From a virus (taxonomy: Duplodnaviria; Caudoviricetes), in IMG/VR virus record IMGVR_UViG_3300011008_000012, positions 32,001 to 96,000 of that record: a DNA stretch of 64,000 nt, one strand, 5' to 3'. Below, piece by piece: positions 61,001 through 64,000 of the stretch. The translations under genes were made by a program, and so were the position numbers. The stretch's first letter is position 1. Each line of letters starts with the position of its first letter. Below the pieces are notes generated by a model. It was not told the DNA's origin, ran no database searches, and saw nothing but the letters and a program-made list of their open reading frames with translations.

Positions 61001-64000
61001 ATCACATCCAACGGGAGCATATTTCGGCAATACAGTTCTTAGTGAAAATCCATCTTGCCCCTACTGCCACTCACCCGACGTAAAGAAAATCACCATGACT
61101 AAGAAGCTCGCTAAAGGTTGGGTGTTCGGTCTGGCCGCTGCGTCAACGCTCACGAAGGAATGGCATTGTAATAACTGTAAAAGCGATTTTTAATTCTTAT
61201 TATAGGAGATACTACGAATCATGAATAATAAGAAATGTATTATTGTTACTTCGCGGACCGGTTCTAAAACTCTTTGTGGGCATTGTTCTCATTGTCAGGA
61301 ATTCGTTGAGCTAACGGACATTGATAACATACCGAAAGAGCTCTTTGTATAAGTCCCGGGATATCGGCCTTTGGGTCGATAGTATGGTCGTCGTCATAAT
61401 AGAACCTAAACGCCTTGTGAACTCTATCGCAGTAAAATTGCATCTGAGTATACCCGTAATAATCGCCGCCTCCCCAATGGGTGATTTCCGGCGTAGCGAA
61501 TTTTTCATAACAATTCATAAAACCATCCTTTCATTCGTATACCCGCTCAGGTATTAAACGTGAATTATTGAACGTTAGTATACCGGAACGGGTATAATAT
61601 GTATTATATTGTTTTTATCCCATCCATAAAACCAGTCAAGGGATTGTGACCGCATTGTTATTCAAACTCTATACTGCTTCTGAAATTGGACTTTCATGCC
61701 GGTCTCTCACCGGCGAGCATAGAACCGATACAGTCTAACAAAGAAAGCTATATCGGCAATTCCGACTGTCTCTCACACTATTTGACACATAATATGTATG
61801 GTGGTATTATGACCTTGCGCATTTGACTCTCTGTCGGCTTAGTACGTTTGACAACGGGACGGAACCGCCGTCCAGAGAGGAGTGATTAGCGTGAAGAAGG
61901 TCATCAAGACCACGGTTAAGGTTGAAACGAAAGTGAAAACCAAAGCCGTCTCAAGGGCGCAAGTCCGAGTTCGACGCGGTTGATCCGTGCGCCGGGACGT
62001 GTATTGGCGCGTCCCGTTATTTTTTATGTGTAAATAGTGAACCTCCTTACAGTCTGTGAGCCTTCCCGTTCATCACAAATTCCAACGTGATGCAGTCCCC
62101 AGACGAAAAAGATTTGTATGTCTTGAAATAAAACTACGTCTGCTGTATTATTATTAACAGGCGCAACGAAATCCGGCGAAGAGAGATGTTGACGGCTTGA
62201 CTCTCTAAGTCAGGAAAGTAGGTGATATAATGGCGCAGATCAAAGTGAAAACCGAGATCAAGGTGAAAATCCGCACCACGGTGCGGGTTGCCACCCGCTG
62301 CCGTTGATCGGCGCTTAGGGAGTCAGTCACCGCTGGCTCCCGTCTTTATTTCATATACAAAATTTTTCGATAGGGGAGAGGGGCTTGGTTGCGTGATTGC
62401 CCATTGTATACGACCAGTAGCGTTATTGTTTAGCCTAGGCCAACCATCCACTTCTTTCCGCCTTTCGGCTCCTCTCGCGCTTGTCCGTTAGGGCTACGCT
62501 GTGGCAAGATGGTATTAGGGGTTCCCCGCAGTTTGAAGGTTTACGCAACGATGGGTTCACACCCATCGTGGGCAAATTCATTTGAACTACCAAAATTGTG
62601 AATCAAAACGCCGATACCCAACCCGGCAATTGCTGTACCGAGTGGACCGAGCGCGGATGTAATATGTCCAATAGCTCCGGCAATGGGTTCTAGGAGTTCC
62701 AATACGTTGGTGCCAATGTCAACGATGCTATTTACAAAGCCGGAATCGATGGCTGTCCGGCTCAGCTCCTGGAGCGCGGCCTTGAATGTGTTGATATGCG
62801 CCGTCATGCTGTCCAGGAAGACGTCATACGCGCCCTCAAGTGCGCCGGCGCTGTCGGCCATAGCTTCCATGGCTCCGGTCGCTTCACCGAACTGCCCCAT
62901 GAGGCTGCTGAACACGTCTTGCTGTCGCGTACCGGCCAAAGCAGTGGTAATGGCGGCTTTAACATCTGTGCTGAGTGTGCTCCACTTGTCCGCCAGATCA
63001 CTTAAAACCTCGAACGGATTACGAAGTGCACCAGTTGCCTCCTGTAACTGAACTCCTCCGCTTGTAAGCGCGTCGATCAGTTCTTGGTACTTCGCCTCGT
63101 TCCATACCTCGCCAGTTTCTTCAATCTCTGTTTTGACATTTCTGAGTCTGGCAATGATCGTTCGCAGACCGGTGGAAGATTTGGAAATATTCTGGACCGT
63201 TGTATTTGCGGCTGTCAGCATGGCTATCGACTGATCGATAGTCATTCCGGATTGAGCCATCATCGAGGAGGCATTGTTCATGCCCTCCGCAATCTGGGAT
63301 ACTGAAATGGGGAAGTTGTTACCAACTTTCACCATTTTATCCATGATAGACTCAATGTCTTCAACGCCCTTCCCATAAGCCTTGACGATAGCGGTTACAG
63401 CGTCAGATGCAGCCGACGGATCAATGTCGCCGACGTTTTGCAGCATAGCAGTAAATTTTGCCAGGTCATGGGATTCTTCCAGACTATAGCCAAGTCTTGA
63501 GTAAACCGTCGCCATGTTGACCAGATCGGTTATGGAGGCGCTCATATCCTTTGCCGTCTGAGCCATCGTGCTGCCAAAGCGGCTCATCGTCTCATTGTCC
63601 GCACTAGTTACGATCTGAAGCTGTGTATATGCGTCGTTCAGCTCGATGGCCGTACTGACCATCTCTTTCATTTGCGCGATCGTAGATTGTATGATACGGA
63701 ACGTGCTGAACGTCATGGCGACATATTGCGTCAGGCCAGCCTTCAGATTTCCAAAGAAAGCGGCAAGGCTCGATCCGGCGTTGTTTACGTTACCAGATAT
63801 GTTGGTCACCTCGCTCCGTAGATGGGCGAGTTTAGCGCGGGCCTCATCCGCGGGCATTCCTTTAAGGTCTCCGGCAAGCCGTTCAAGGGCGGCTATGAGA
63901 TTATTAACTTGCGCAACAGTTGACGGATCGGCGGCGCCTTTGCCGAGAGCAATCTTGTCTTGCAGTCCATGCAGCGTATTTAACATGGTGCTGACCTGAT
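55091..64000 (-). CDS. Tape measure protein, spliced (join <64000-62589 + 60583-55091; >2300 aa; 5' end outside window)
   Basis: TP901-type TMP core in 62589-63986, long coiled coils, GYKTGG..GLAWVDG...PE C-terminus; splice gives in-frame IHNFG|TNYLIL. Confidence 0.88.
60627..61193 (+). CDS. SHOCT + ribosomal L7/L12 C-terminal-like + zinc-ribbon protein (intron cargo, antisense)
   Basis: LLKIKSLWDNGVLSESEFNELKQRI; KIPTIQTIRELTGLGLADAKDLIE; CPYC...CNNC. Confidence 0.75.
   Translation: MDQITDQLLKIKSLWDNGVLSESEFNELKQRIISEDYHSTDNESETKEKLYTVSLVAYTREQKIPTIQTIRELTGLGLADAKDLIETLPHVIRDNVPMSECIDIKNSFATNKAVVVIEESRVTSESHPTGAYFGNTVLSENPSCPYCHSPDVKKITMTKKLAKGWVFGLAAASTLTKEWHCNNCKSDF
61264..61518 (-). CDS. 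Small hypothetical protein (intron cargo)
   Basis: AAAGGATGG RBS; 84 aa with CYQC. Confidence 0.55.
   Translation of the reverse strand: MNCYEKFATPEITHWGGGDYYGYTQMQFYCDRVHKAFRFYYDDDHTIDPKADIPGLIQRALSVCYQCPLAQRIPDNENNAHKEF
61782..61810 (+). promoter_or_regulatory. Sigma-A promoter of minigene 1
   Basis: TTGACA-17 nt-TATTAT. Confidence 0.7.
61891..61983 (+). CDS. 30-aa cationic peptide MKKVIKTTVKVETKVKTKAVSRAQVRVRRG
   Basis: GAGGAG RBS, GTG start, own promoter and terminator; paralog at 62230. Confidence 0.6.
   Translation: MKKVIKTTVKVETKVKTKAVSRAQVRVRRG
61993..62025 (+). terminator. Terminator of minigene 1
   Basis: CGGGACGTG-tattgg-CGCGTCCCG followed by TTATTTTTT. Confidence 0.75.
62123..62151 (+). 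promoter_or_regulatory. Sigma-A promoter of minigene 2
   Basis: TTGAAA-17 nt-TATTAT. Confidence 0.6.
62230..62307 (+). CDS. 25-aa cationic peptide MAQIKVKTEIKVKIRTTVRVATRCR
   Basis: AGGTGA RBS, ATG start, own promoter and terminator; shares KVKT, TTV and VRV with peptide 1. Confidence 0.6.
   Translation: MAQIKVKTEIKVKIRTTVRVATRCR
62318..62351 (+). terminator. Terminator of minigene 2
   Basis: GGGAGTCAG-tcaccg-CTGGCTCCC followed by GTCTTTATTT. Confidence 0.7.

Larger units (their letters stand above)
60584..62588 (-). ncRNA. Group I intron in the tape measure gene (2005 nt)
   Basis: P AAACTGCGGGGAAC (62521-34), Q GGCAATCACGCAACC, R GGCTCACAGACTGTAA, S GAGAGACAGTCGG; P3 AACCTTC/GGAGGTT; P7 GACTGT/ACAGTC; P10 TCAAATGAATTTG against exon CAAATTATTTGA; U at the 5' site and G at the 3' site. 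Confidence 0.85.

Noticed and set aside
60584-62588. IStron or homing-endonuclease intron
   Set aside because: No TnpA/TnpB or endonuclease motifs in the enclosed ORFs
1-64000. Stop-codon recoding, inteins, and the many overlapping antisense ORFs in the track
   Set aside because: Genes are intact under code 11 with all three stops used; no intein motifs seen in DnaB, DnaE or NrdD; shadow ORFs lack RBS and motifs

Overview
64 kb of a large temperate Firmicutes (Clostridia-like) tailed-phage genome with SPbeta-like organisation. The + strand from 1 to ~33.5 kb carries early, replication and nucleotide genes: tyrosine recombinase, tRNA-Leu, phosphoesterases, a kinase-phosphatase-RNA ligase, cysteine desulfurase, a MazF plus MrpR-like operon, ERF/SSB/Cas4-like nuclease, DnaB, DnaG, DnaE split by a group I intron with an HNH endonuclease, PhoH, ThyX, NrdD/G and dUTPase. 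This arm ends in xis, an attP site (tRNA-Trp 3' half) and integrase. A C5-methylase is frameshifted and the adjacent PAPS-reductase-like gene is broken by an IS21. The - strand from 64 kb back to ~33.7 kb carries tail and lysis genes plus a complete diversity-generating retroelement (RT, TR, double-length Avd, VR at the tip of a 2901-aa adhesin). The most unusual feature is a 2005-nt group I intron in the tape-measure gene. It has no homing endonuclease; instead it carries two paralogous antisense promoter-minigene-terminator cassettes in its P6 and P8 loops and two more genes in a looped-out 3' extension. All calls come from reading the sequence by eye; no database searches were run.
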